Notes: generated by a model not told the origin, from the sequence alone. Shown: positions 39,274 through 50,100, counted from the stretch's first letter. The stretch is DNA of 64,000 bases from a bacterium (GCA_963669175.1 OY769902.1:2400001-2464000); one strand, 5' to 3'. Made by a program: numbers and translations.

Positions 39274-41592
39274 TTATCCCTCCTCGAGAATTTCTGCCGT
39301 AACCGAATGGAGTGCACTCATTGCGCTCTGCAATGTTGTCATCAATTGCTGCATCTCTGCCATTTGTGACTTGATCGTACTCACTGCTGTTTTCTGGCCG
39401 GCTACTTCTGTGTTCATTTCAGCCATTTCATCAACACAGGTTTTCATACCGGCCTCATTTATCCGGATTGTGTCCAGTGAGTCGGCTATCGTAGTCTTAA
39501 GATCATTCAGATATTCCTTTGTGCCATCGATTTTTTCCTTCGCTTGCGTCATCTTGGTTTCCGCGCCCGCAACCAGGGAACGTGAACCTTCCAGCCGTTC
39601 TTCCGTCTCAGCCACTGTCTGTTTGATCCCATCAATCTTGCTGGTTGATTCGGAAATCGTTTCTTTCGTTTCGCTGATATTTGTTTTTAATCCATTTACT
39701 TTATTATGAAGTTCATTCATGTCGGTGTGTACCCATTTATTGTCCGTATGGCTGGTGCATTCCAGCTCATCACGGCGTCCTCCAAGGAAACGCAGCATGA
39801 ACGGGGTGTTGATTTTTTCCTCAAAGCCACCGATAAAGACCATCTTTTCAATGAGGGCCAGGCTGTTTTTAGTAGCGGCTTCAATCTCCAGCTTGGCGCC
39901 CGCCCCAAGGGTGATGCCATGTTTTTTCAAGTCAGGCGCAAGGTCAAAATTCTTATGCAGGTTGTAGAACCACTTGGCAATGGTCTCTAGGGCTTCCCCT
40001 TGCGCCTGGGATGACTGTTGATCTGTATACATTCCCGGCGGAGGATCGTTGGGAGCGCCGATGCGTAAAAAAGAACTTGTCGCCGGGACATGGAACTGTA
40101 TGCGTTCTTCGCCCTGCTTATCTTCGAAATGCAGCTCGTTCCCTGAAGATGACCGTAGCCGTGAACGTGTCTGGTTGTCTGAATCAACCAGGCTGGGAGA
40201 TCGAGGATTTGGTGCGCTTCCGGCGATGATAGGCCGATCCGGGTCGCCATTGGTGAAAGCAATCAGGACTTCCGCGCCACGATGCAGCGGCATGTGCATG
40301 CCATGTCCGGAACCACCATAAGGTTGAATCCGTCGCAACCAGGTACTCGCTTTACCATCCTTACGGTCGGACAGATCGAATGGGAAAATGACTTTGTAAC
40401 GGCCCTGTTCATCCAGTTCCGCGTATTGACCGCTTCCGGCAGAATCGATCCAGCCCTGTATGGTGCCGTTGATCCTGGCTTTCGGGGTTTTTATCTCCGG
40501 ACGGAACTGAATATCGGATGGAATCGCCGTAAACGTATTCCTGTAATAAGGCGCCTTTTCAACTTCTGAAAGTTCGTTCTTCAGTCCGGCCACAAAGTAA
40601 GCGACCTGGTCACCTTCCATGTGGATGTCAGTTGTCAGGAAAGAACGATTCAAAGCATCACGATAGTGTCCGGTCATTTCAAAAACGAAACCGGGCAGGA
40701 TATAGGGGACAGAACTTTCCCCGTAGTACGTATCCTTTCTACAGGCCAGCTCTTCGGCACGGATCTTCGCCAAGCGAGTCCCTTCGTCCGGGGTTAGGAA
40801 GTACTCCCCGTAAGTAGTCATCTCGCCACGCCCGTTCTGATCCACATCGGCTTCCCCGATCATCGGGAGCGTCGGTTTTTCAAAGTTGTAGTCGCGGAGA
40901 GTTACTTTCTGAGGAATGAGTCGTTTTCGCTGACTGAAAACTCGAACGACCTCATCACGATGCAGGTTATCCAGGCCAGATGGGGTGGAGTATATAACCT
41001 TCGTGCCTTCTGATGCAGGCGCATGAGCTGTGCGTGTGTCGGTAAAGATGACCTTTTCGGTATCCTGACTGTGGTCGAAATAGTAGTAGATACCTTCACG
41101 TTCGCACCAGCGATTGATAAAATTGAAATGGCTTTCGCCATATTGACAGACAAACTTGTGACCGGGATGATCCTGCTGCAAGCGGAAATCATAGGCAGAT
41201 GATTCAATACGTGCGTCTTTCAGCACTCCGGACAACATTGTCTTCACATCCTGATCGAGGAATACCTGGTTGTGATGGGTATGGGACAACCACGAAAATC
41301 GCGGGGCCAGTTCCACGGTAAACTGGGCATATTCCTGGACAGTACGGTCATATTCCGCATGGGTTACGATCCCGTGGAAAGTCACATCCTGGTCGTCTCG
41401 ATGGATTATAAAACGAGCCGGACGATTGACCAGTTTTTCCGGGTCCATCGTGGCATCCGTAGTCAACAGGTGAATGGTGAAATGATACGGCTTGGATAAT
41501 GCCGCTTCTCCTGTGAAACGGACCACGAAAAAACTGTCATCTGTTCCGCTGCCTGAATAGAAGCTGAATTTTCTGTTGACAAGAATACTCAT
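39274..41592 (-). CDS. vgrG: VgrG/TssI spike protein 2 with heptad tail
   Basis: CQYGESHFNF..RW.EREGIYYYF; DYNFEKP; ELDEQGRYKVIFPFD; QPYGG..HGMHMPL..GAEV...F..GDPDRPII.G. Confidence 0.93.
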   Translation of the reverse strand: MSILVNRKFSFYSGSGTDDSFFVVRFTGEAALSKPYHFTIHLLTTDATMDPEKLVNRPARFIIHRDDQDVTFHGIVTHAEYDRTVQEYAQFTVELAPRFSWLSHTHHNQVFLDQDVKTMLSGVLKDARIESSAYDFRLQQDHPGHKFVCQYGESHFNFINRWCEREGIYYYFDHSQDTEKVIFTDTRTAHAPASEGTKVIYSTPSGLDNLHRDEVVRVFSQRKRLIPQKVTLRDYNFEKPTLPMIGEADVDQNGRGEMTTYGEYFLTPDEGTRLAKIRAEELACRKDTYYGESSVPYILPGFVFEMTGHYRDALNRSFLTTDIHMEGDQVAYFVAGLKNELSEVEKAPYYRNTFTAIPSDIQFRPEIKTPKARINGTIQGWIDSAGSGQYAELDEQGRYKVIFPFDLSDRKDGKASTWLRRIQPYGGSGHGMHMPLHRGAEVLIAFTNGDPDRPIIAGSAPNPRSPSLVDSDNQTRSRLRSSSGNELHFEDKQGEERIQFHVPATSSFLRIGAPNDPPPGMYTDQQSSQAQGEALETIAKWFYNLHKNFDLAPDLKKHGITLGAGAKLEIEAATKNSLALIEKMVFIGGFEEKINTPFMLRFLGGRRDELECTSHTDNKWVHTDMNELHNKVNGLKTNISETKETISESTSKIDGIKQTVAETEERLEGSRSLVAGAETKMTQAKEKIDGTKEYLNDLKTTIADSLDTIRINEAGMKTCVDEMAEMNTEVAGQKTAVSTIKSQMAEMQQLMTTLQSAMSALHSVTAEILEEG

Positions 41593-41625
41593 GGGTGTTT
41601 CCTTGTATTCTAACAGTCCACCGGA

Positions 41626-43893
41626 TCAGTCGCGTTCAAACAGCGCTGCGGTTTCCATATTGGTAACGTAGTTGTCAAAACCACATTCAAATGTTTCCTG
41701 TTTGATCGCATCGGCCTGCACTCGCATTGTCTTTATCTGTTCCTTCATTTCAGCCGTGCTGTCTTTCAATCCCCTGGCCAGCGAAACATTTTCGATTACT
41801 TTTAATTCTTCATCTGAGATCTTGGACATAAGCTGTTGAATTTCTTCAACAGTTCCAGCCAGTGAATCCTTGGTCTCGGACATTTCCTGCTTTGCTGCGA
41901 CAATTTTGTCTCGCTGACCATTCACGAGTTCTTTGGTATCAGCAATCTTATCTTTCACACCTACGACACTCTGGCGTGCCGCGGCTACTTTTTCTTCTGT
42001 TTCGGCCACCTTTGTCTTCAAGTCATTGATTTTATTTTCCATCTGGGTGATGTGTTTTTCCACACCCTTCAGATTCATCGTGTGCGGACTCAGGTAACTG
42101 CTGGTAATGCCAAGCGAATACTTGCCGCCAATAAGAACGCCCAGTTCGCCATTGGTGATGATTTTCTGTTCGAATCCGACACACCCCATAAAATTGTTGC
42201 CCAGGATAATTTCGTTGGACAGACCGGCATAGACATTGAGGTTCAAACCAGCAGTCATCTTGAAGCCGTCTGTATCCACCAGCGTCCAGTAAGGGGCGGC
42301 AGTTTCCCCGCCTTCCGATGCCGGGGGGGGAGGATCGTTGGGAGCGCCCATGCGGACAAACGACTTTTTCGCCGGGACATGCATCTGGATACGTTCGCTG
42401 CCTTCCTTATCCTCGAAATGCATTTGCGTCTGGTTGCCGGTTTGAATCACCGATTTTGTCTGGTTTTCTCCCTTCACCTGGGAAGGAGTGGAGGGATTAT
42501 TCACCGCTCCGGCGATGATGGGACGGTCCGGATCACCATCGGTGAAGGTGACCAGCACCTCAGTGCCCTTATGCAAGGGGAAGTGCATGCCGTGGTTGCT
42601 GCCGGTATAAGGTTGCGCCATGCGGATATAACAACTGGCCTTACCATCAGAACGCCCGGACAGGTCAAACGGCATCACAATCTTGTACCGTCCCTGTTCA
42701 TCCAGCTCTGCATACTGTCCACTGCCAGCAGCATCAATCTTCGCCTCGATCACACCCTGAATCTTCGGCTTGGGAGTTTTGCACTCGGTACGGAACTGCA
42801 AGTCACTCTCAATCGCATGGAACACATTCTTGTAATAGGGATTCTTCTCGTGTTCACTCAATCCCTGCTTGATTCCTGCGATCAGGTATCCCGCCTGGTC
42901 GCCGGACATCTCCATGCGAATCGTCAGGTATTTCCGGTTCAGGTTATCACGATTATGCTTGGCAAGGGTGAAAGTGAATCCGGGACGGATGAACGGGACT
43001 GTGCTGGCCGCATGATAGGTGTTTTTCCTGCATTGATAGCATTCGGCGCGAATTTTTGCCAGACGTTTGCCTGAATCCGGTGTTTTGTAGTGTTCGCCAT
43101 AGGTGATAATCTCGCCCAGACCATGATCGTCTACCGACGCTTCCTGGATCAGGAGGTCATCCGGCTTTTCATAGTTGTATTCCACCAACTGCACCTTGGC
43201 GGGAGTCATGTCACGACGCCAGGTGAACTGCTTTACAACCTCATCACGATGCAAAGTGTCCAGACCTGAAGGGGGGAGATAGGTGATGGTGCCGCCCTGG
43301 GGCATGTCCACATGGGCTATCTTTGTATCGGTAAGGATCAGCTTCTCTTCGCTGTCACCCTGCTCGAAGTAATAGTATATCCCTTCTCGCTCGATCCAGC
43401 GATGGACAAAATTGAAATGAGTCTCGTTGTACTGGCAGATATACGGGAAGGTATCATGGTTGCCCTGCAAACGGATATCAAAATCCTTGCTGGTTAAACC
43501 GCCATCCTTCAGGACTTTTTCCAGTATCCCCTTTACATCCTTGTCCAGGAATACCTGGTTGTGATGGGTTAATTGCAGCCACCAGAACTTGGGAACCAGC
43601 ACAGCTTCGTAGAAATAATACCCATTAAACTCACGTTCGAGGGTAAACTCAATTACAATTCCATGATAGGGAACATCCTCGCCGTCTTTACGATGAACAG
43701 TGAAAGTCGCCTTGCGCTGAACAACGCTGTCCAGATCAATATCACCGTTGGTGGAAACGAGTTGGATGGTAAACTGGTACGGTTCCGATAATCCTTCACG
43801 ACCTGTGAAACTGACCACCGCAAAGGTGTCCTCAGTCAACGCAGGTGATTTGGATGAGAATGAGAAGCGCATTTGGGACGTGTTTTCCAGCAT
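41626..43893 (-). CDS. vgrG: VgrG/TssI spike protein 1 with heptad tail
   Basis: Same VgrG motifs. Start placed at ATG 43893 (GGGGAG RBS, collinear with the paralogues); the ORF extension to 44280 overlaps tetR and is not credible. Confidence 0.93.
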   Translation of the reverse strand: MLENTSQMRFSFSSKSPALTEDTFAVVSFTGREGLSEPYQFTIQLVSTNGDIDLDSVVQRKATFTVHRKDGEDVPYHGIVIEFTLEREFNGYYFYEAVLVPKFWWLQLTHHNQVFLDKDVKGILEKVLKDGGLTSKDFDIRLQGNHDTFPYICQYNETHFNFVHRWIEREGIYYYFEQGDSEEKLILTDTKIAHVDMPQGGTITYLPPSGLDTLHRDEVVKQFTWRRDMTPAKVQLVEYNYEKPDDLLIQEASVDDHGLGEIITYGEHYKTPDSGKRLAKIRAECYQCRKNTYHAASTVPFIRPGFTFTLAKHNRDNLNRKYLTIRMEMSGDQAGYLIAGIKQGLSEHEKNPYYKNVFHAIESDLQFRTECKTPKPKIQGVIEAKIDAAGSGQYAELDEQGRYKIVMPFDLSGRSDGKASCYIRMAQPYTGSNHGMHFPLHKGTEVLVTFTDGDPDRPIIAGAVNNPSTPSQVKGENQTKSVIQTGNQTQMHFEDKEGSERIQMHVPAKKSFVRMGAPNDPPPPASEGGETAAPYWTLVDTDGFKMTAGLNLNVYAGLSNEIILGNNFMGCVGFEQKIITNGELGVLIGGKYSLGITSSYLSPHTMNLKGVEKHITQMENKINDLKTKVAETEEKVAAARQSVVGVKDKIADTKELVNGQRDKIVAAKQEMSETKDSLAGTVEEIQQLMSKISDEELKVIENVSLARGLKDSTAEMKEQIKTMRVQADAIKQETFECGFDNYVTNMETAALFERD

Positions 43894-43963
43894 GTGCAAA
43901 CTCCCCGGTTGCAGGCTGAGCGATAGGTCCACAAAATTGGGCGAAGACCTCAAGAGATCATAC

Positions 43964-43992
43964 AGTATAATACACCCTCCCAACCTTTTCAA
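43964..43992 (-). promoter_or_regulatory. Sigma70-type promoter for the vgrG operon
   Basis: The minus strand reads TTGAAA-17 nt-TATACT, about 70 nt upstream of the vgrG1 ATG. Confidence 0.6.
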
Positions 43993-44045
43993 TGGATACC
44001 CGTCACACCAACCATGAACTTGGTGAACAGATAAAAAAATGCCTC

Positions 44046-44105
44046 TTGCCGTAAAGGTAACTATGGCATATATTTGAATCAATGACCAAATTATTTTTAC
44101 AGTCA
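44046..44105 (+). promoter_or_regulatory. Sigma70-type promoter with a possible TetR operator
   Basis: TTGCCG(44046)-17 nt-TATATT(44069), followed by the palindrome TGAC-N15-GTCA (44083-44105). Confidence 0.5.
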
Positions 44106-44143
44106 CAGAAACATAAGTTACAGGCAACAGGAGAACAGGAACG

Positions 44144-44755
44144 ATGCCCAAAGCGTTTTCGGAAGAAGAACAAAACCGGATCAGGGAAGCGTTGTTGGCA
44201 TCAGGGCGGGAACGGTTCACCCGGTTTGGGGTGCGTAAGACTACAGTCGATGAGCTGACCGCGGATGCCGGGATCGCCAAGGGGACGTTTTACCGTTTTT
44301 ACGAGTCCAAGGAACTGTTATACCTCGAGGTTCTCGAAGAAGCGGAAGAACGGATTCGTGGCGGCCTGATGCAGGGGATACGTGACGGAGCAGGGGTGGG
44401 TTATGTGTTGTCGGCATTTCTGCATGGTTTGGAGCAGGAACCGCTTTTCAGCCATATCGTGCAGCCGGGTGAGATGGAATACCTGGTCAGTCGAGTCGGC
44501 GCGGAACGGTTGCAGGTTCACATGAAACGCGACCGTGAAGAGCTGCTGGACATGGTCATAGAAATGCAGCATCGCGGCGCTGTCAGTGAGAACATCGAGG
44601 CGGAAGTGCTGGTCGAGTTGCTGCGCGCCCTGATCGCGATTCCCTTGCTGCAACCACGCATGAACCTCAGTAACAAAGCCGAAGTCTATCAACTGCTGAC
44701 GTCTGCCCTTGAGGCTGGACTGGGACCGGGAGGCGACCATGCTGACCGTGAATGA
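44144..44755 (+). CDS. TetR/AcrR family regulator
   Basis: F...GVRKTTVDEL...AGIAKGTFYRFYESKE.L helix-turn-helix. Confidence 0.95.
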   Translation: MPKAFSEEEQNRIREALLASGRERFTRFGVRKTTVDELTADAGIAKGTFYRFYESKELLYLEVLEEAEERIRGGLMQGIRDGAGVGYVLSAFLHGLEQEPLFSHIVQPGEMEYLVSRVGAERLQVHMKRDREELLDMVIEMQHRGAVSENIEAEVLVELLRALIAIPLLQPRMNLSNKAEVYQLLTSALEAGLGPGGDHADRE

Positions 44756-45593
44756 CCTCAGCTATACCTATCCTGGGAACGACGCTGAAACCCTGCACGG
44801 GCTGAGTTTCGCCATCCCGAAAGGGGAGATTTTCGGCTTCCTGGGACCGTCCGGGGCCGGGAAGAGCACCACGCAGAACCTGTTGATCGGGCTGTTGAAG
44901 GGGTATCGTGGGCATGTCAATTTTGCCGGACGGGAACTCTCCGACTGGAAAAATGACCTCTACACACGTGTCGGCGTGGTCTTCGAGGTGCCCAACCTGT
45001 TCGGCAAGTTGACCGCGCTGGAGAACCTTCGTTTTTTCGGGGCGTTGTATGGAAGGATCTCCAACGATCCGCTTGAATTGCTCGAACTGGTTGGTCTGAA
45101 AGAGGACGCGGACAAGAAGGTGTCCAGCTTCTCCAAGGGCATGCGGATGCGGTTGAATTACTGCCGTGCATTTCTGCATGATCCGGAATTCCTCTTTCTG
45201 GATGAACCGACAGCCGGGTTGGACCCTGCCAATGCTCGCATTATCCGTGATCATATTCTCCGGCAGAAAGCTACGGGCAAGACCATTTTCCTGACTACTC
45301 ACAACATGCACGACGCTGATCAGTTGTGTGATCGGGTGGCGTTTATCGTGGATGGCAGGCTGGAGACCATCGCCTCGCCACGTGAGCTGAAGCTTTCCCA
45401 CGGCACCCGTCGAGTCCGGGTGGAACACCGTGTTAATGGAGGGACAGCCAGCAGGGAATTCGAGTTGGATAAACTTGCGGATAACGGCGGCTTCCTGGAC
45501 ATCCTGCGTGCGGGGAAAGTTGAGACCATTCATACCCTTGAGGCCACACTGGAAGACATTTTTATGGATGTCACCGGCAGGAGGCTGACATGA
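44739..45593 (+). CDS. ABC exporter ATP-binding subunit
   Basis: GPSGAGKST; signature FSKGM; Walker B FLDEP; H-loop TTHNM. GGAGG before ATG 44739. Confidence 0.95.
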   Translation: MLTVNDLSYTYPGNDAETLHGLSFAIPKGEIFGFLGPSGAGKSTTQNLLIGLLKGYRGHVNFAGRELSDWKNDLYTRVGVVFEVPNLFGKLTALENLRFFGALYGRISNDPLELLELVGLKEDADKKVSSFSKGMRMRLNYCRAFLHDPEFLFLDEPTAGLDPANARIIRDHILRQKATGKTIFLTTHNMHDADQLCDRVAFIVDGRLETIASPRELKLSHGTRRVRVEHRVNGGTASREFELDKLADNGGFLDILRAGKVETIHTLEATLEDIFMDVTGRRLT

Positions 45594-46318
45594 GGCTGCT
45601 ACACGCCATCCGTATGGATATGCTGCTCCAGTGGCGTCAAGGTTTCTACGCGGTATACGGCGGCCTGACTGTATTGTATATCCTGTCCATGCGGTTCCTG
45701 CCCGAGACCATCCGTATCGCCCTGTTTCCCATCATGCTGTTCTCCGATCCGGTGATGATCGGCTTTTACTTCATTGGCGGGATCGTGCTGCTGGAGAAAT
45801 CACAACGTGTGCATTCGGGTCTGTTCACCATGCCTTTACGTCTTCAGGAATACATTATTGCCAAGGTCGTCAGCCTGCTGGTGCTGGCCTTGGGCTCTAG
45901 TTTGCTGATCGCTGTGGGGACGTGGGGATTGGCGATCAACTGGTTGCCGTTGCTGACGGGCGTGATTCTGAGCAGCAGCCTGTTTACCCTGTTCGGACTG
46001 ATTTGTGTCGCTTACAGCCGCAGCCTGAACCACTACCTGATGTTATCTGCCGGGGTGATGGCGTTGACCTCGTCGCCCTTCCTGCATCATTTCGGGATCG
46101 TCAATTCCAACCTGTTCTATTTTCTGCCCACAAAGGCGTCGTTGGTGTTGCTGGACAGTGTGGTCCTGTCCACACATTGGGGCTACCTGCTGTACGCGGT
46201 CGGCTTCCTGGTTATCTGTATGGTGGTGGCGTGGTTCTGGGCGCTGCGGGTACTGAGAAATCATATCGTCTACCCTGTCCATGCGGATGCTGGGAAACAT
46301 GCTTCGGCTAAGGTGTGA
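45590..46318 (+). CDS. ABC exporter permease (Rv2687c-like fluoroquinolone-export family)
   Basis: Q.RQGFY; FSDP..IGF.FIGG.VLLEK; six TM helices. Confidence 0.75.
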   Translation: MRLLHAIRMDMLLQWRQGFYAVYGGLTVLYILSMRFLPETIRIALFPIMLFSDPVMIGFYFIGGIVLLEKSQRVHSGLFTMPLRLQEYIIAKVVSLLVLALGSSLLIAVGTWGLAINWLPLLTGVILSSSLFTLFGLICVAYSRSLNHYLMLSAGVMALTSSPFLHHFGIVNSNLFYFLPTKASLVLLDSVVLSTHWGYLLYAVGFLVICMVVAWFWALRVLRNHIVYPVHADAGKHASAKV

Positions 46319-46328
46319 GGGGGCAACC

Positions 46329-47054
46329 ATGAAAACAACCCTGACACTGGCGTGGCTGGATCTGCGCAACATCTACCGTGAGAGCATGCTGCTGATCATC
46401 GCTATGGTGCCGCTGTTTGTCACGTTGTTGATGCGTTTCGGGATACCGCCGCTGACCACGTGGTCGCTGGAGAAGGGCTTCGACCTTTCCCCGCACGTCG
46501 GATTCATCCACGCCTACCTGCTGCTGTTTCCCGGGATGATGTTGGGCATGGCGGCAGGGTATGTGCTGCTGGACGAACGTGACGAGCAGGTGCTGGCCTG
46601 GTTCAGCGTCACCCCGTTGGGCAAAAACGGCTACCTGAAGTACCGCTTGCTCAGCCCGGTGGTCCTTAGTGTGGCCTACGCCCTGGCGCTGCCGTTGATC
46701 CTGGGGCTGGGCATCGGGACGGCGCTGGTCCTGATCCCGGCGGCGTTCCTGGGCGGATTGCAGGTCATGTTTTTCATCCTTGCGATGGGCGCCTTTGCCG
46801 GGAACAAGGTGGAGGGGCTGGCGTTGGCGAAGTTCCTGAGCGTGATCTATGTTCTCCCGGTCGCGGCCTATATCTTGGGCGAGCCCTGGAAGTGGGTGTT
46901 CCTGCTGGTCCCTTCCGTCAGCGTCACCGAAACGGCGCTGGCTGCAAAAGGTGGGGAATGGGGCATGGTCGCCCTCTACCTGCCCCTCGGCATGCTGGTC
47001 CTGGCCGGGTGGCTGTTCCTGTTGAAGAAACGGTTTGTCAAGAGGATGGGGTGA
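46329..47054 (+). CDS. ABC exporter permease (Rv2686c-like)
   Basis: LLDERDE..L....VTPL...YL.YR; A.NKVEGLAL.K; six TM helices. Confidence 0.75.
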   Translation: MKTTLTLAWLDLRNIYRESMLLIIAMVPLFVTLLMRFGIPPLTTWSLEKGFDLSPHVGFIHAYLLLFPGMMLGMAAGYVLLDERDEQVLAWFSVTPLGKNGYLKYRLLSPVVLSVAYALALPLILGLGIGTALVLIPAAFLGGLQVMFFILAMGAFAGNKVEGLALAKFLSVIYVLPVAAYILGEPWKWVFLLVPSVSVTETALAAKGGEWGMVALYLPLGMLVLAGWLFLLKKRFVKRMG

Positions 47055-47058
47055 GAAA

Positions 47059-47091
47059 AACCGGGATGTTCAACGAATGAACATCCCGGTT
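47059..47091. terminator. Probable bidirectional terminator between convergent genes
   Basis: 14-bp perfect stem AACCGGGATGTTCA / TGAACATCCCGGTT, with an A-run before and T-rich sequence after. Confidence 0.75.
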
Positions 47092-47126
47092 GTATTTCAC
47101 ATTTTCCTGAATGAAAACTTCAAGAA

Positions 47127-50100
47127 CTACTTCACCATCACTATTTTTTGTGTTTTGATATAGCTACCGGCCTCCATCGTTACAAAATAGACACCGGAAG
47201 CAACAGGCAAGCCAGCCTGAGAACGACCATCCCAGATAACCTGGTGATAACCGGCATTCATCTTCCTGTTGACAAGTTGTACAACTCTCTGTCCCAGGAC
47301 ATTGTACACAGTTAGTTGTACATCTGCAGTTTTCGGGAGCGCGTAGGGCACAGTCACACTCGGATTGAACGGATTCGGGTATGCCGGTTCCAAAGCGAAT
47401 TCGGTTGGAAGTGGGCGTTCAGCTCGTGTTCTAATCCCATTATAAAAATTGTACAATGCGGCCCGAAGTTCACCGATTCTATCCTCTACTGTAATACGGC
47501 GCGTGAGAGGTGTTCCTAATCCCTGTACATGCAAGCCAGCGTTGATGATTTCTTCTTCCGCCAACTCAAGCAAATCTGTATTCGCCAGTCCAAGCTCAGC
47601 TCGAATAGAATCAGGAACTTCAATATCTTCGAGAAGCATATTTTCGTAAGTATTACGGGCGCTGGGGAAGTCAGCAAACATCAAGTATGAGGAGGCCTTT
47701 GCAAACTCGATTTCCATGTTAAAAGCAGTATCAACCGTATCACAAGGTATTCCATCCAAATAGGACGCGATATCGCCTGCATCCTCATTCATTTCTCTTT
47801 TCAGGCAACACATTGCACGTAATGCCGGTGCAAATCTGAGTTCGATAAGTTCATCCAGAATATCCTCAACTTCGGCTTGTGCTTCAGCGGAATCCATCAG
47901 CGAATACGCAAGGTCGAGCATACTCTGTGGACTGTCGTCAACTTCAAAAATCTGCCAATAGACTGAATCAGTATTTGAAGTATTTGTGTTGGCCTGGTTG
48001 CATACAATATATGTTGGAGGACTACTTGTAACGGTGAAGAAATAGTAATTATTAGGAATTTCAGTATAGTCAAAGTTACCATCAGCATTGCCGAAGTAGT
48101 TGCCGGACACATCATGTGTACCCGACTCAAGCATGGCTATCATATAGGTCGCATCTGTGGGAGTGGCATCAGTGGAGTATTTATCTATAAAATCATAATT
48201 TCTATTGTAGAAATTCCAGCTACACCCGTTGTTTACCAAGACTTGTGAATTATAAATATTAGGTAGCATGCCACGTTCCAACTCTAAAGCATTATTGGCA
48301 AGTATCAACTCATTTGAATAAGATCCATTGTTATTAACACTTGTCTGACTTTCTAATAATATTCCGGTGCCAAGATTTTCATAAATATGAGTATATAACA
48401 AATTATTAAAATAACAATCTGATGCATTAATGCCTCTATATGTATTGGGATCATCATATCCATTATATCTTATTATATTTGGATTATTACCAAAATAACC
48501 AGCACGCATATTTACTTGATTTATATTATCTAATTCAATACCATCGTAACCACAATATTGAATCGTATTTCCGTAAAGTAATGCATTGACACCATCACGA
48601 ATATCAACGCCTGTTCGTTCTATATTATACACAATACAGTCTCGAATCCATGAATTGTCACTGCTATAATAGTCGACTATACCATAGTCACAGTCTGCGA
48701 TTTTAGATTCTTGAAATTTTGTGTAATATGAGTACATTTTATATATACCATATGTGCATTGTTTAATTGTGGAATACTTTATATGAAGATCTTCATTTTG
48801 CTGCATGCATGCAACGCCAATATTCGCATCTCGGATATCGCAGTACTCAAGTGTGCTAATTTCGTCCTTTATTCCGCCCTGGAAAATAATTCCATTCCAT
48901 GAAATTCCAGAAGGATTCTCTTCAACAGGATAAAACGAAATTCGCTGACTGGATGTGCCAACAGCCACCATGCGACCAAACACCTTAATCATATATTTGC
49001 CATCAAACAGTACTCGTGTTCCTGGAAGAATTGTCAGCGTGACACCATTAGAAACAGTCACATTCCCTGTTATTCGAACCGTGCCGCTCCAGGTCGTATC
49101 CGAGGCAATTGTACCTGATAATCCAGCAATTTTAGGACGAGCACAGATGATCCGTCCTTCACCAGCTTCTAATTCAATAAAATCCATGGTATCAATACCG
49201 CAGTCATATTCAAATGAGTCTATTACCTCTTCACTAATAACATCAACTATTTCCCATGTTGTACCGTTCAACGGATCGTTAAGACCACTACTTTCAGACA
49301 AAAACACAAGCTGAATATTCTGATCACCGGCAGCAATGAAATCATCGCCCGAAGGTTGATGTGTCTTTGTGTTCACAAGATAATAATACTCTTCATTTAC
49401 ATTCTTTTCCGGCCATTTGTAGAAACCTACATATATTGTCGAATTATAGCAAAAGATAAAATCTTGATGGTAGTTGTGCCCATCCGGTCCATTATAAACA
49501 TATTCTTGATCGCCGATAATATCGTACAATTGAAATCGATAATCACGGTGACCAATACAATAGTCTATTGGAGGATATGTAGCGTTATCGCCATTTATGT
49601 CAGTGCAATGAACCCTATTTGTTGCTTCATCGTAATAACTATTATTGTCAAATAGATCCTGATAATATGTTTCAGGATACAAAGCTCTTTTCATAATTTG
49701 TTCGTGTGAATTACATGCTGTAATCCATGACAAGTTCCGAATATAGGCCAATTCTTGCCTAATACTATAACGAGAATAATTGCCGTTCGGGCTATAAAGA
49801 TGTGATATATAATCATATGGTGCTTTAGAAATTTCATAAACTGCATCTTCTCCCACATTAGTGTCGTAATAAGGATAATGTAGTATATTCTCTGGATTAC
49901 TTTCTGTCCATGGTTTTCTTAAGTTAGTTAGACTATTTGTGATATAATCAGTGCCATCCAAAGCTCCGTACCACAACATATTATCTCTAGCTTCATTATT
50001 ACAAACACTATCAATAATTGATCGCGTATAGCCATCAGGCTCACCAATAGCGTTTAAGGTGCCATAATAATAGGTTGAGGCTGGCGAATACATCATTAAT

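Noticed and set aside
43894-44280. 129-aa N-terminal extension of VgrG1
   Set aside because: It overlaps tetR on the opposite strand and both promoters; the paralogues and RBS support ATG 43893.
32316-47054. Pentapeptide proteins as Qnr/MfpA quinolone-resistance factors paired with the fluoroquinolone-type ABC exporter
   Set aside because: The pentapeptide genes are fused or coupled to DUF2169 and DUF3540 in a known T6SS accessory order; proximity to the exporter looks coincidental.
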